DNA of 64,000 nt. Source: Pseudomonadota bacterium. Lineage in GTDB: Bacteria > Pseudomonadota > Alphaproteobacteria > Paracaedibacterales > CAIOTO01. A program made the translations under genes and the position numbers. The DNA is taken from assembly GCA_040387495.1 (NCBI GenBank), contig JAZKDQ010000015.1, positions 1,238 through 65,237 of the forward strand, read 5' to 3'. Below, one piece after another: positions 40,148 through 49,789 of the stretch. Numbering within the stretch: the first letter of the stretch is position 1; each line of letters opens with the position of its first letter. The notes below the pieces were generated by a model. The model saw nothing but the letters and a program-made list of their open reading frames with translations, made no database searches and had not been told where the DNA came from.

Positions 40148-41404
40148 ATGACAAAATTACAACCTGTGCGTGGAACGCGCGACCTTTTAGGATCTGAACT
40201 TTTACGTCACCGTGAAATTCAACGTATCGCCAATGAAACGACTGCGCTATACGGTTATGAACCGATTGAAACGCCAATCTTTGAGTACACCTCTGTTTTT
40301 ACAAAACCATTGGGTGAAACATCCGATATTGTTGGTAAAGAAATGTATACATTTGAGGATCGTGGTGGCGAAGTCATAACCTTGCGTCCTGAAGGAACAG
40401 CGCCAGTTGTGCGTGCCATGATGAGTGAAGGTCTAACGCAAACACTGCCACAACGTCGCATTTTGCAAGGGCCTATGTTCAGGTATGAACGGCCGCAAAA
40501 GGGGCGCTACCGGCAGCTGCATCAAATTAGCATAGAATGTATTGGCATTGCGACGTATCACGCTGACGTTGAAGTCATTGCCATGGCCGATCACATTTTA
40601 CGTAATATTGGCTTAACGAATGTTGTGTTACACCTAAATACCTTGGGTGACATGGAAAGTCGTTTGTCGTATCGAACGGCATTGATTGCATACTTTGAAC
40701 AGCATCAGGATAAGCTGTCAGAAGATAGCTTGACGCGCCTTCAAAAGAATCCACTTCGTATCCTTGATTCTAAAGATCCTCAAGATAAAGAAGTTTGTGC
40801 AAATGCACCCAAGCTTATTGATCACCTCAACGCATCATCAGCACAATTCTTTAGTAATGTATGCAAGGCATTGACGACACTTGGTATCACATATCAACTG
40901 GATGATACGCTGGTGCGCGGGCTGGATTATTATTGCCATACGGTTTTCGAATTTAAATCGGCAGACCTTGGTGCACAAGATACTGTTCTTGGTGGTGGTC
41001 GTTATGATGGGTTGATGGAACAAATGGGCGGCCCTCAAATGCCAGCAGTTGGTTGGGCCTGTGGTCTCGATCGTTTGGCTTTGCTTGCGACGCACCTTGA
41101 TGTTGCAGCGCCAAATCCAATTGCATGTATTATGCCATTCGGGGAAGCTGAAGAATTGCCTGCAATCCTTTTAGCCCAAAAATTGCGTGCAGCGGGGGTT
41201 TATGTTGAATTGCTTATGCAAGGAAACTTTGGCAAGCGTCTAAAAGCAGCGTCAAAGAAGGATGCGCGTTACGCCATTATTATTGGTGAGAACGAAATTA
41301 AGGCAGAAACATACATGGTTAAAGATTTGATGGCAGAGGAGGGCGCTTTGCAAAAGGAGCAATCTTTAACGTTGGATAAAGTGAAAGAATTGTTGCACAC
41401 TTAA
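40148..41404 (+). CDS. hisS: Histidine--tRNA ligase
   Basis: 418 aa. PVRGTRD, LRPEGTAPV.R, FRYERPQKGRYRQ and GGGRYD, with a C-terminal anticodon-binding domain. Confidence 0.95.
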   Translation: MTKLQPVRGTRDLLGSELLRHREIQRIANETTALYGYEPIETPIFEYTSVFTKPLGETSDIVGKEMYTFEDRGGEVITLRPEGTAPVVRAMMSEGLTQTLPQRRILQGPMFRYERPQKGRYRQLHQISIECIGIATYHADVEVIAMADHILRNIGLTNVVLHLNTLGDMESRLSYRTALIAYFEQHQDKLSEDSLTRLQKNPLRILDSKDPQDKEVCANAPKLIDHLNASSAQFFSNVCKALTTLGITYQLDDTLVRGLDYYCHTVFEFKSADLGAQDTVLGGGRYDGLMEQMGGPQMPAVGWACGLDRLALLATHLDVAAPNPIACIMPFGEAEELPAILLAQKLRAAGVYVELLMQGNFGKRLKAASKKDARYAIIIGENEIKAETYMVKDLMAEEGALQKEQSLTLDKVKELLHT

Positions 41405-41428
41405 TTGGCGCCGTCGCATCTGTGAAAG

Positions 41429-41977
41429 ATGAATAATCCTCTTTTTGAAAAGCCATATACCTATATGATTCTAATTTTAGACAAATTATATCAAGATATC
41501 CCTGAAGTGCAAATGATGCTACTAAAAAATCAAACAGAGCCGCGGTTCAGAAAATTGTTTGGGTATAAGCACACATATCTATTGGCGATGGTTGCGTTTT
41601 TAAATACGTGTCATCAAGGGGTTGCCAGTGATGGTGTTGATGAAACAACAAAACTCACGTTGAACGTTGCAGCAGAAGAAAAACCACTTACTGCACTGGA
41701 AATAAGACGAATAAAGTACAAAGAATTTATGCAAAAAGCAGCAGAAAAAGAAAGAATCGAGGAAGAAGAAAGAGAAGCTTTAGAAAAAGAGGTTATAGAA
41801 GATTTTAAAAAACTTAGAGAAAATGAAGTGATTCTATGGTGGGATAAAGACGGACCTGCATATGGGATTCCTGCAAGTGAGAAGTTTGAATACTCAGTCA
41901 TTGAAGAAAAAATTGGTCAATTTACGTCACATAAGATGGTAACAAAAAGAAAGACACCAGAAAATAATGAAAATTAA
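41429..41977 (+). CDS. Hypothetical protein with a Glu/Lys-rich coiled-coil segment
   Basis: 182-aa ORF. There is a hydrophobic segment at LLAMVAFLNTC, which could be a signal or lipoprotein-like segment if translation starts at the internal MMLLKNQ. No family recognised. Confidence 0.45.
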   Translation: MNNPLFEKPYTYMILILDKLYQDIPEVQMMLLKNQTEPRFRKLFGYKHTYLLAMVAFLNTCHQGVASDGVDETTKLTLNVAAEEKPLTALEIRRIKYKEFMQKAAEKERIEEEEREALEKEVIEDFKKLRENEVILWWDKDGPAYGIPASEKFEYSVIEEKIGQFTSHKMVTKRKTPENNEN

Positions 41978-42101
41978 GAAATGTGTTTTCTTTCAAGGAA
42001 TCAATCCTATGGGCTTTGTTGAACTGTTGAGTTGGCGTTTTCAATATTGTTATTGAAATTTAGAAAGAGCAAGCCTTGACTTTGGATAAGGTGCCAATCT
42101 A

Positions 42102-42683
42102 CTAAATCATCAACTTATACCCCAACCAAACGAGGGTTAGCTTCACATATTCATTCCATAACAGGGGGAATTCTTTTTTATTGGATGAATTTTTATCAGG
42201 CACAGAATGCGGGATGATATTCAAATCAGGTAATAAACGTTTAAATTCAATCAAACTACGCCTTATGTGATAATTACCGGTTACAAGGCGGATAGAGTGA
42301 ATATTATTTTTCTTTACCCATTTCGCTGTTTCTTTAGCATTACCAGCCGTATCTTGCGCGCTGTATTCAAGTTCAGTATGTGATAAACGTTGCGTTAAAT
42401 GTTCGGGGACTTTCTGCTTTTTTATAAGTGTTTCCATAGTTACACCAGGGTGTACGCCAGAAATAAGAAGTCGATTGCCAAGACCTGCGCTCAATAATGA
42501 AAAACCAAGCTCAACCCGCCCTTTACCGCCCGTCAAAACAACAATTGCATCGGTGGATTGCGTCATGTCAGCAGGTGCATCAGGTAACGTTATCGCAAAT
42601 AAGCAAAAGCCTAAAAGCCACACCATGATAACACTTGCTATGCTTAAGAAAAAATAACGCAGAAATAATAGAATGTGTGTCAT
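42102..42683 (-). CDS. DUF218 (YdcF/ElyC-like) protein
   Basis: The ORF track extends to 42785. The ATG at 42683 overlaps the ftsX stop as ATGA (42680-42683). It has a TM anchor, then DAIVVLTGGKGR...LLISG...DTAGNA.ET..W......I.LVT..YH..RS, the DUF218 pattern. Confidence 0.7.
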   Translation of the reverse strand: MTHILLFLRYFFLSIASVIMVWLLGFCLFAITLPDAPADMTQSTDAIVVLTGGKGRVELGFSLLSAGLGNRLLISGVHPGVTMETLIKKQKVPEHLTQRLSHTELEYSAQDTAGNAKETAKWVKKNNIHSIRLVTGNYHIRRSLIEFKRLLPDLNIIPHSVPDKNSSNKKEFPLLWNEYVKLTLVWLGYKLMI

Positions 42684-43585
42684 GCATCCATTCGCATTAA
42701 TGTTCTTGTTACAGCTAGGCGTGAAACAAACATTGCCAAAAAAGAAATTATAAGTGGTATGAAAACAATTAATGCCCATGACCACGGTTGGGATTCAAGT
42801 GTAAAAAGTTTTGGCACACCAAAACGTTGCGATAGCCAGCTTAAAAAAACAACTGCTGGGATTGCTATAGCTAAACCTAACATGCCTCCCTTAAGACATA
42901 AATAAAAAGAACTGTTTTGAAAATAACTGGAAATGTAACGATTGCGGGCACCCATAAGACGTAATGTATCAATCGTACTTTTATGTATATTAAGTGATGC
43001 CCGTGTCATAACGCTTACAATAATAAGAATTGCAAGTACGATAAATCCTATAATGCTGAATGAAATCATGCGAAGTGATGATGCGAGCATTACTAAATTT
43101 TGCTGCCATTTTGCATGTGATTCTAGCCGGATATTAGGCACGATTTCTTTAAGCAAACGTTGTGCCTCAATGACATTGAATGTATTTTTTGGATCAAGTT
43201 CAATATCTATTAGTATCGGCAGTTTTAAATCTTTTAAATTGTCGGTATCACCAAGCCAAGGCTTTAAGAGGAGTAGCATTTTATCATTTGATACAATTTC
43301 AAAAGAAGTAACGCCTGGAATTTTGGGTAATAATTGTGTAACACGATTTATATCTATGAGAGCATTCTCATCTTGAGTAATTTCAATTGTTATTTTTTTT
43401 TGACCACTTGGATTTTGCCATTTACTGAGTGCACCACCAATTGATGTTGCTGCAGCAAGAACGAGAATGAGTAAAAAAACCAAAAGACACATAAGGATAG
43501 GCAAGTGACGTCTGCCTGATTCTTGCTCGAGAGGAATATCATTAAGTGTGTATTTTACAGTACGTTTTTTCTTAAGCGTTTTCAT
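42680..43585 (-). CDS. ftsX: Cell division permease-like protein FtsX
   Basis: The ORF track extends to 43642. A likely start is MKTLKKK at 43585. It has four TM helices with a large first periplasmic loop, sits directly after ftsE, and shows the FtsX-type block RLMGA...I...F. Confidence 0.85.
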   Translation of the reverse strand: MKTLKKKRTVKYTLNDIPLEQESGRRHLPILMCLLVFLLILVLAAATSIGGALSKWQNPSGQKKITIEITQDENALIDINRVTQLLPKIPGVTSFEIVSNDKMLLLLKPWLGDTDNLKDLKLPILIDIELDPKNTFNVIEAQRLLKEIVPNIRLESHAKWQQNLVMLASSLRMISFSIIGFIVLAILIIVSVMTRASLNIHKSTIDTLRLMGARNRYISSYFQNSSFYLCLKGGMLGLAIAIPAVVFLSWLSQRFGVPKLFTLESQPWSWALIVFIPLIISFLAMFVSRLAVTRTLMRMDA

Positions 43586-43589
43586 AATA

Positions 43590-44333
43590 TTAAATAGCCT
43601 TTGATCGTGTATGCATGTTCTGCGTTGCAGGATCACGCGCATTATCTGTATAATTAAAAGACAATTTACCTTGTGCTAAATGCAATTCTGGATGAGAAAA
43701 TGACTCAAGTATTGTTCTGTTGTGCGTAGCTACAACAACTGTTGTTCCTATTTTATTAAGTTCTTCAAGCAATAACATCAGTTTATAGGCGGCACGATCA
43801 TCCACATTACCCGTTGGCTCATCTGCTAGGAGAAGGAGAGGGCGTGTTATAACAGCACGTGCTATTCCAACACGTTGCTTTTGCCCGTCAGATAAGCTTG
43901 CAGGGAGAAAGTCAAAATGTTCACCAAGCCCAACCCAATGAAGAAGTTCTTTAGCATATGTTCGCGCACGGTTTATATCCATACCTGCCACGCGTAATGC
44001 CAAGGCAACATTATCGAGCGCGTTTAGATGCGGCAAGAGGCGACAATCCTGAAAAACAAGGCCCATTTTTTGTCTAAAGATAGGTAACTCTGAAGTGCTT
44101 ATACTTGCAGCATCTTGCCCGAAAACAGTAAGCACACCTTGCGTCGGCTTGATGTCGCGATAGATAAGTTTCATGAGCGACGTTTTGCCAACACCACTTG
44201 CCCCCGTTAAAAAGTAAAACCCTGAGGAATATAATGAACAACTTAAATTATAAAAAACAGGTATTCCAGATGGATAATATAAACTGACTTGGTCGAAGCG
44301 TATTATTTCAACAGGAGCACGACGCTGCGACAC
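43590..44333 (-). CDS. ftsE: Cell division ATP-binding protein FtsE
   Basis: 247 aa. Walker A motif [10 protein letters not shown]-loop, signature [14 protein letters not shown] and Walker [11 protein letters not shown]. Confidence 0.92.
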   Translation of the reverse strand: MSQRRAPVEIIRFDQVSLYYPSGIPVFYNLSCSLYSSGFYFLTGASGVGKTSLMKLIYRDIKPTQGVLTVFGQDAASISTSELPIFRQKMGLVFQDCRLLPHLNALDNVALALRVAGMDINRARTYAKELLHWVGLGEHFDFLPASLSDGQKQRVGIARAVITRPLLLLADEPTGNVDDRAAYKLMLLLEELNKIGTTVVVATHNRTILESFSHPELHLAQGKLSFNYTDNARDPATQNMHTRSKAI

Positions 44334-44422
44334 AACTTTACCTTTTTTAAGAATGTTCTAAGAACAGTTTAGGATATTTGTCCCTAGAAAATCAATGCGC
44401 CAATAATTTTTTCTACAAAAAC

Positions 44423-45088
44423 CTAAGAAATATGTAAAACAAGTTCGTCTTTAACTTCAGTTACACCGACGACTGACCAAGCAGCTTTACGTGCTTCTTT
44501 CTCTTCTGCCCACGAGCGTACAATTCCTCTTAAGATTACCTTGCTCCCATCTATTGCTACTTCTATGTTTTTCGCATCTAAAACAGCATTTCGTTGAAAT
44601 TCCCGAACAATCTGATTCGTGACATTTTTAGGATCAATACCCACATGAGACGAATTTACCACAATGTAATTGAATATGTTCCTCACCCCATATAAATTAC
44701 GAATACATTTAAAAGCTTGTTGCTTCTTGTAATATTCATCAACTTCTCCGGTTAATTCCACTTTACCATTTTCAACAACAATTTTTATTTTTTCAGGTGA
44801 AGCAAGAGAAACATCAGCTTCTAATGCTTGAACAACTGCTCGTGCAATTTCTTTATCGCTACGCTGCAAAGGTGCTTCCATATCAACGACAAGTTCCTCC
44901 ACAACAGCCTTGACGCCGCGCACATTTTTTGTCGCTTGTTCTGCTAAATATTTTTCGCAATAGGTACGCACACGTCCGCTTAATGTAACGATCCCCTCTT
45001 CGACCGAAACGATTATATTTTGAGACCTCAACCCTTGTTCAAAGTTAAGTTTTTCAAAAACATACTGTTGGATGATGGTATCATTCAT
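44423..45088 (-). CDS. BON-domain protein (three BON repeats, OsmY-like)
   Basis: 221 aa. Three repeats of the pattern ..I.V.V..G.V.L.G.V......k..A...a..v.GV..V.n.l.V. Confidence 0.8.
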   Translation of the reverse strand: MNDTIIQQYVFEKLNFEQGLRSQNIIVSVEEGIVTLSGRVRTYCEKYLAEQATKNVRGVKAVVEELVVDMEAPLQRSDKEIARAVVQALEADVSLASPEKIKIVVENGKVELTGEVDEYYKKQQAFKCIRNLYGVRNIFNYIVVNSSHVGIDPKNVTNQIVREFQRNAVLDAKNIEVAIDGSKVILRGIVRSWAEEKEARKAAWSVVGVTEVKDELVLHIS

Positions 45089-45205
45089 AGCTCTTACTCC
45101 ATATGTGCACTTTGAAGTTTAGATTACAAGGATTTTGAAAAAATAAAAGTTGAAAAGGTGATTGTTTTTAACTTATTTATAGCTTGTGATTCACATTTTA
45201 TGAAA

Positions 45206-46027
45206 TTATAATTCACATTCAAGGTCACGATGTGTTTTTATGCCGACCTCTTTTAAGTGAGAATAGAGTTCTGGGTGGTCATTATAAATTTCTGTCATTC
45301 TCATTAATTCACTAACTCCAAATAAAAGACATATTTTAAACTGACGAAGAGAAAAATAATCACAGAAAATATTTTCTATTAATTTTTTTGTGTAATTATT
45401 CATAAGCGAAAAAAGATAAAGAAAAGCTATATCTATTCCCCTCGGTCCTATTCCGTAACCTTCCCAATCAAAAATAAATCCATCAAAGGAAATATTAGCC
45501 CAATGCAAATCTCCATGCACAACAACCCAGTCTTTTACAATAGTATCTATGTTGGAATGGTATCTTTCTTGAATTCTACGCGTAATTAATTCTTGTCTAT
45601 AGGCCACATATAAAGAATCATTCGTTGATAAATTATCTAATTGATTCTTTATGTCTGACAGAAAATGAGCACTCACTTCAGAGTTTAAATCTTTTAGACT
45701 CGGCGTTGACGACATACTTTTTCCCTTATGATAAGACATAAGAATAATTGACCAAAATATGCCATTATATTTAAGAATTGATGTTTCATAAATCTTCGGT
45801 TTCTTGATTCCAGCAAAACTATTGCTATTCAGTATTCTTGTTGCTTGCGTTCTGGCTGCATCTTCTGTTAAATGATCTGAGATTCTAAGCCATTCATGGC
45901 TGCCTTCCTCTTTTTGAAACTTAATCCCCAAGCTTTTTTTATGCCAACCATAGGTGACGGTAGAGTAATCAAATCTTTTTGCATGGCTGATAGAATCAAT
46001 CACAGATTTAAATTTTGTTTTAATCAA
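45206..46027 (-). CDS. Aminoglycoside/choline-kinase-type phosphotransferase family protein
   Basis: 273 aa. It has the catalytic-loop HGDLHWANI and the downstream DWEGYG (Brenner-type APH motif plus DxE/D). The substrate is unknown. The coding sequence is AT-rich by eye. Confidence 0.7.
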   Translation of the reverse strand: MIKTKFKSVIDSISHAKRFDYSTVTYGWHKKSLGIKFQKEEGSHEWLRISDHLTEDAARTQATRILNSNSFAGIKKPKIYETSILKYNGIFWSIILMSYHKGKSMSSTPSLKDLNSEVSAHFLSDIKNQLDNLSTNDSLYVAYRQELITRRIQERYHSNIDTIVKDWVVVHGDLHWANISFDGFIFDWEGYGIGPRGIDIAFLYLFSLMNNYTKKLIENIFCDYFSLRQFKICLLFGVSELMRMTEIYNDHPELYSHLKEVGIKTHRDLECEL

Positions 46028-46192
46028 AGTGTATCACAATTCAATGTCGTAAATATCCTTGCATTTTCATTAAACATCATATCTTAAGCACGTAAAAGTA
46101 GTTTTTATAGAATAAGCTATAATTTAAAATTCAAACATCCTTGAAATATAAGCGTAACTCTTATAAAACTAAGACTACTCAAAAAAATCTAA

Positions 46193-49100
46193 ATGGAGGT
46201 TGTTATATCACACGGTATAAAGACACAAGGTGGTATTTCATCTGCCTATACGGCATTCTTTTGTTTGGAAGAGTTAACAAAAAATAAAAGCTCACTTGTT
46301 TTAGTCGTTCCGCGGGATGAACGTATTCATGATTTGGCTGATCAGTTAAAATCCGTTGCACCAATGCACACAATCTTATCATTTCCTGGTTGGGATTGCC
46401 TGCCATATGATCGTGTATCCCCAAGCTCAGATACTACACATACACGTTTGTCCACGCTTTATGCACTTTTAGCAGAAAAATCCCCTTTTATTTTGATCAC
46501 GTCTGTATCAGGGCTTGGGCAACGATTGCCGCCACCATCTCTTATGAAAACACATGATTATACGCTTTCTATTGGTGACAAAGTATCACGCGAATCACTT
46601 TTATCCTTATTGATTGAAAAAGGGTGTAACCGCGTTGAAGCCGTATATGAAATGGGTGAATTTGCCGTTCGTGGTAGCTTAATTGATGTGTTTGCACCAG
46701 GCTCGTCTTCACCTGCTCGGCTTGATTTCTTTGGGGATGAACTTGAAAGCATTAAATGTTTTGACCCTATCACTCAAAAAACAAATTCAAGTGCTGAATT
46801 GGCAGATCTCTCTATGCGTGCAGCGCATGAGGTGCTATTAACACCCGATAGCATAACGCAATTTCGTCAACAATATCGTGCATTTTTTGGTGGGTCACGC
46901 ACTTTTCCAGCGGATGATCCTTTATATCAACACATTAGTGAAGGCCGTCCATACCCTGGAATGGAACATTGGCTGCCACTTTTTTTTGAACAAAAAGCAA
47001 CCTTATTTGATTACATAAGTGGACAGACAAAAATTTTATTTGATGATGGAATTAACATCGCAATTCAGTATCGTTTGGAAGCCATCGAAGATTACTATAA
47101 GGCACGATTAAACCCACCATTGGGTGATGTAACGCCATATAACCCGATTGCACCCAATTTACTATACTGGCAAGCTGCGGATTGGCAACATTTTACTGAA
47201 ACGCAATCAATCACACAGTTGTCGCCGTTCAAAACAGACGAAGCAGCATTCAATCTTAAGATTTCTCCTTCATTCAAAGCTGAACGTGAACAATCAACAA
47301 CGGCTCTGTTTGACGCGCTTGATACTTATTTATCGAGCAATAAATCGCGCAATCGAATTATCACATGTATGTCAGATGGTACGCGTGATCGGCTGCTTCA
47401 TATGTGTGAAGAACATCATATCCTTAATATTATTCCGTATGATGTTTTTCCTACTGATGCTGTTTTAGGCACAGCGAGGTTTGATGAGACAATACTTGTT
47501 ATTGCGCCTTTTGAAACAGGATTCGAATCTGACCGTTGTGTTTTGCTCACTGAGCAAGATATTTTGGGCGAAAAAATACGTAGGCTTAAAACAATCAAAC
47601 GCAAAAGCGACGCGTTTTTCCAAGAGATCAGCCAGTTATCTCTTCATGATTTAATCGTACATCGTGATCACGGTATAGGACGTTATTTAGGGCTTGAAAC
47701 GATTACGGTTGATAATTGCGCACATGATTGTTTGACGCTTTTATATGACAACGATGACAAGCTTTTTTTGCCCGTTGAAAACATTGAATTAATTAGTCGT
47801 TATGGTGACGCGGATTCGCTTGCCTCGCTAGACCGATTGGGATCTGGTGCATGGCAACTTCGCAAAGCACGCGTTAAAAAACGTATCCAAATTGTTGCTG
47901 ATTATTTGATTCGATTGGCAGCAGAGCGGAGCCTTCATACAGCAACTGTGCTTGAACAAACCGGTCGTGATTTTGATGATTTTTGCGCACGCTTTCCGTA
48001 TGTTGAAACAGATGATCAATTACGCGCAATCATGGAGGTGCTCGAGGATTTAGCCCGCGGCAAACCGATGGATCGTTTGGTATGCGGTGATGTTGGATTT
48101 GGTAAAACTGAAGTTGCTTTGCGTGCAGCATTTATAGCTGTGATGAATGGCAAACAAGTTGCAATCATTGTGCCAACAACGCTGCTTTGCCGGCAACATT
48201 TTTCAAATTTCCAAAAGCGCTTTCAGGGTTTTCCTTTCCGCGTTGCGCAACTATCGCGTCTTGTGAAGGCCAGTGATGCAAAGCTTGTTCACGATGATGT
48301 AGCCTCAGGCCGTGTTGATATTATTATTGCAACCCATGCCATTTTGAGTAAGAAAACCAAATTCTCTGATCTTGGTCTTGTTGTGGTTGATGAAGAGCAA
48401 CATTTTGGTGTGAAACAAAAAGAGAAACTAAAGCAACTACGGTCAGATGTACACGTTTTGACGTTAACAGCAACGCCCATTCCACGCACCTTGCAGCTAT
48501 CCTTAGCAGGTGTTCGTGATTTAAGCTTGATAACAACTCCTCCTATTGACCGTCTGGCTGTTCGTACGTTTGTGATGCCTAAAGATCCACTAGTTATTCG
48601 CGAATCAATCATGCGTGAATTTAACCGTGGGGGACAGGTGTTTTATGTTACCCCGCGTCTTGAAGATTTACCGTCGCTTAAAGAAGAGTTGCAAACATTA
48701 GTGCCCGAAGTGAAATTCGCGGTGGCGCATGGGCAATTGTCACCAACTGAGCTTGAAGATGTCATGACAGCATTCTATGACCACCAGTTTGACGTGTTAA
48801 TTAGTACGAATATTATCGAATCAGGCATTGATGTGCCGTCAGCAAACACGTTGATTATACATCGATGTGATTTATTTGGGTTGTCTCAATTGTATCAATT
48901 ACGCGGTAGAGTAGGGCGATCAAAAACCCAAGGGTATGCTTATCTGACCTATTCACCAAAGCAGAAGTTATCTGCGAATACGACAAAGCGCCTGCAAGTT
49001 CTACAAAGCTTGGATACATTGGGGGCTGGTTTTACATTGGCAAGTCATGATTTAGATATCCGTGGTGCGGGTAATATTGTGGGTGAGGAGCAATCAGGGC

Positions 49101-49672
49101 ATATCCGTGAAGTTGGTGTTGAATTGTACCAAACATTGCTTCACGAAGCGATTATGATGGCACGCGCTGTTGAGGCGAATAGCAATGATGGCATTGAAAT
49201 TGGATTAAACGATTGGACGCCGCAAATTAACCTGGGTGTGCCTGTATTGATTCCTGAAAGTTATGTGACGGATTTGGGACTTAGGCTTAACCTATATCGC
49301 CGTGTTGCTAATTTAGCCACCCGTGAAGAGATCGATGCTTTTGCGGCTGAACTCATTGATCGGTTTGGGAAATTACCTGTCGAAGCCGCAAATTTACTTG
49401 ATGTTGTTGAACTTAAAGGACTTTGCCGCCAAGCACATATTGAAAAACTTGATGCTGGACCAAAGGGATTATTGATTACATTCCGTAACAATGAATTTAA
49501 AGAACCAACAAAGCTAATTCATTATTTGCAAAAGCCAGAAGTGTATAAAGCAAGTGCCATTAAAATTCGACCTGATCATAAATTATTCTTTGGTCGTGAT
49601 TTTGGAAATCCATTACAACGCCGAAATGGTGTACGGCAGATTGTGAAGGATTTGGTGGGTTTGTGCATTTAA
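46193..49672 (+). CDS. mfd: Transcription-repair coupling factor
   Basis: 1159 aa. It has a UvrB-homology N-terminus, a CarD-like region (VHRDHGIGRY), helicase motifs (GDVGFGKTEVA, DEEQHFG, LTATPIPRT) and a TRG-motif region. Confidence 0.96.
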   Translation: MEVVISHGIKTQGGISSAYTAFFCLEELTKNKSSLVLVVPRDERIHDLADQLKSVAPMHTILSFPGWDCLPYDRVSPSSDTTHTRLSTLYALLAEKSPFILITSVSGLGQRLPPPSLMKTHDYTLSIGDKVSRESLLSLLIEKGCNRVEAVYEMGEFAVRGSLIDVFAPGSSSPARLDFFGDELESIKCFDPITQKTNSSAELADLSMRAAHEVLLTPDSITQFRQQYRAFFGGSRTFPADDPLYQHISEGRPYPGMEHWLPLFFEQKATLFDYISGQTKILFDDGINIAIQYRLEAIEDYYKARLNPPLGDVTPYNPIAPNLLYWQAADWQHFTETQSITQLSPFKTDEAAFNLKISPSFKAEREQSTTALFDALDTYLSSNKSRNRIITCMSDGTRDRLLHMCEEHHILNIIPYDVFPTDAVLGTARFDETILVIAPFETGFESDRCVLLTEQDILGEKIRRLKTIKRKSDAFFQEISQLSLHDLIVHRDHGIGRYLGLETITVDNCAHDCLTLLYDNDDKLFLPVENIELISRYGDADSLASLDRLGSGAWQLRKARVKKRIQIVADYLIRLAAERSLHTATVLEQTGRDFDDFCARFPYVETDDQLRAIMEVLEDLARGKPMDRLVCGDVGFGKTEVALRAAFIAVMNGKQVAIIVPTTLLCRQHFSNFQKRFQGFPFRVAQLSRLVKASDAKLVHDDVASGRVDIIIATHAILSKKTKFSDLGLVVVDEEQHFGVKQKEKLKQLRSDVHVLTLTATPIPRTLQLSLAGVRDLSLITTPPIDRLAVRTFVMPKDPLVIRESIMREFNRGGQVFYVTPRLEDLPSLKEELQTLVPEVKFAVAHGQLSPTELEDVMTAFYDHQFDVLISTNIIESGIDVPSANTLIIHRCDLFGLSQLYQLRGRVGRSKTQGYAYLTYSPKQKLSANTTKRLQVLQSLDTLGAGFTLASHDLDIRGAGNIVGEEQSGHIREVGVELYQTLLHEAIMMARAVEANSNDGIEIGLNDWTPQINLGVPVLIPESYVTDLGLRLNLYRRVANLATREEIDAFAAELIDRFGKLPVEAANLLDVVELKGLCRQAHIEKLDAGPKGLLITFRNNEFKEPTKLIHYLQKPEVYKASAIKIRPDHKLFFGRDFGNPLQRRNGVRQIVKDLVGLCI

Positions 49673-49789
49673 TCATTTAAAAAACAAAATCTATCTACTT
49701 GTCTAATGCTTTTTGTCATGTGTCGTGATATAAATGGAACATTCTCATGCTCATCTCATATGTATAAAAAATAAAATCAAAGGATCCTT

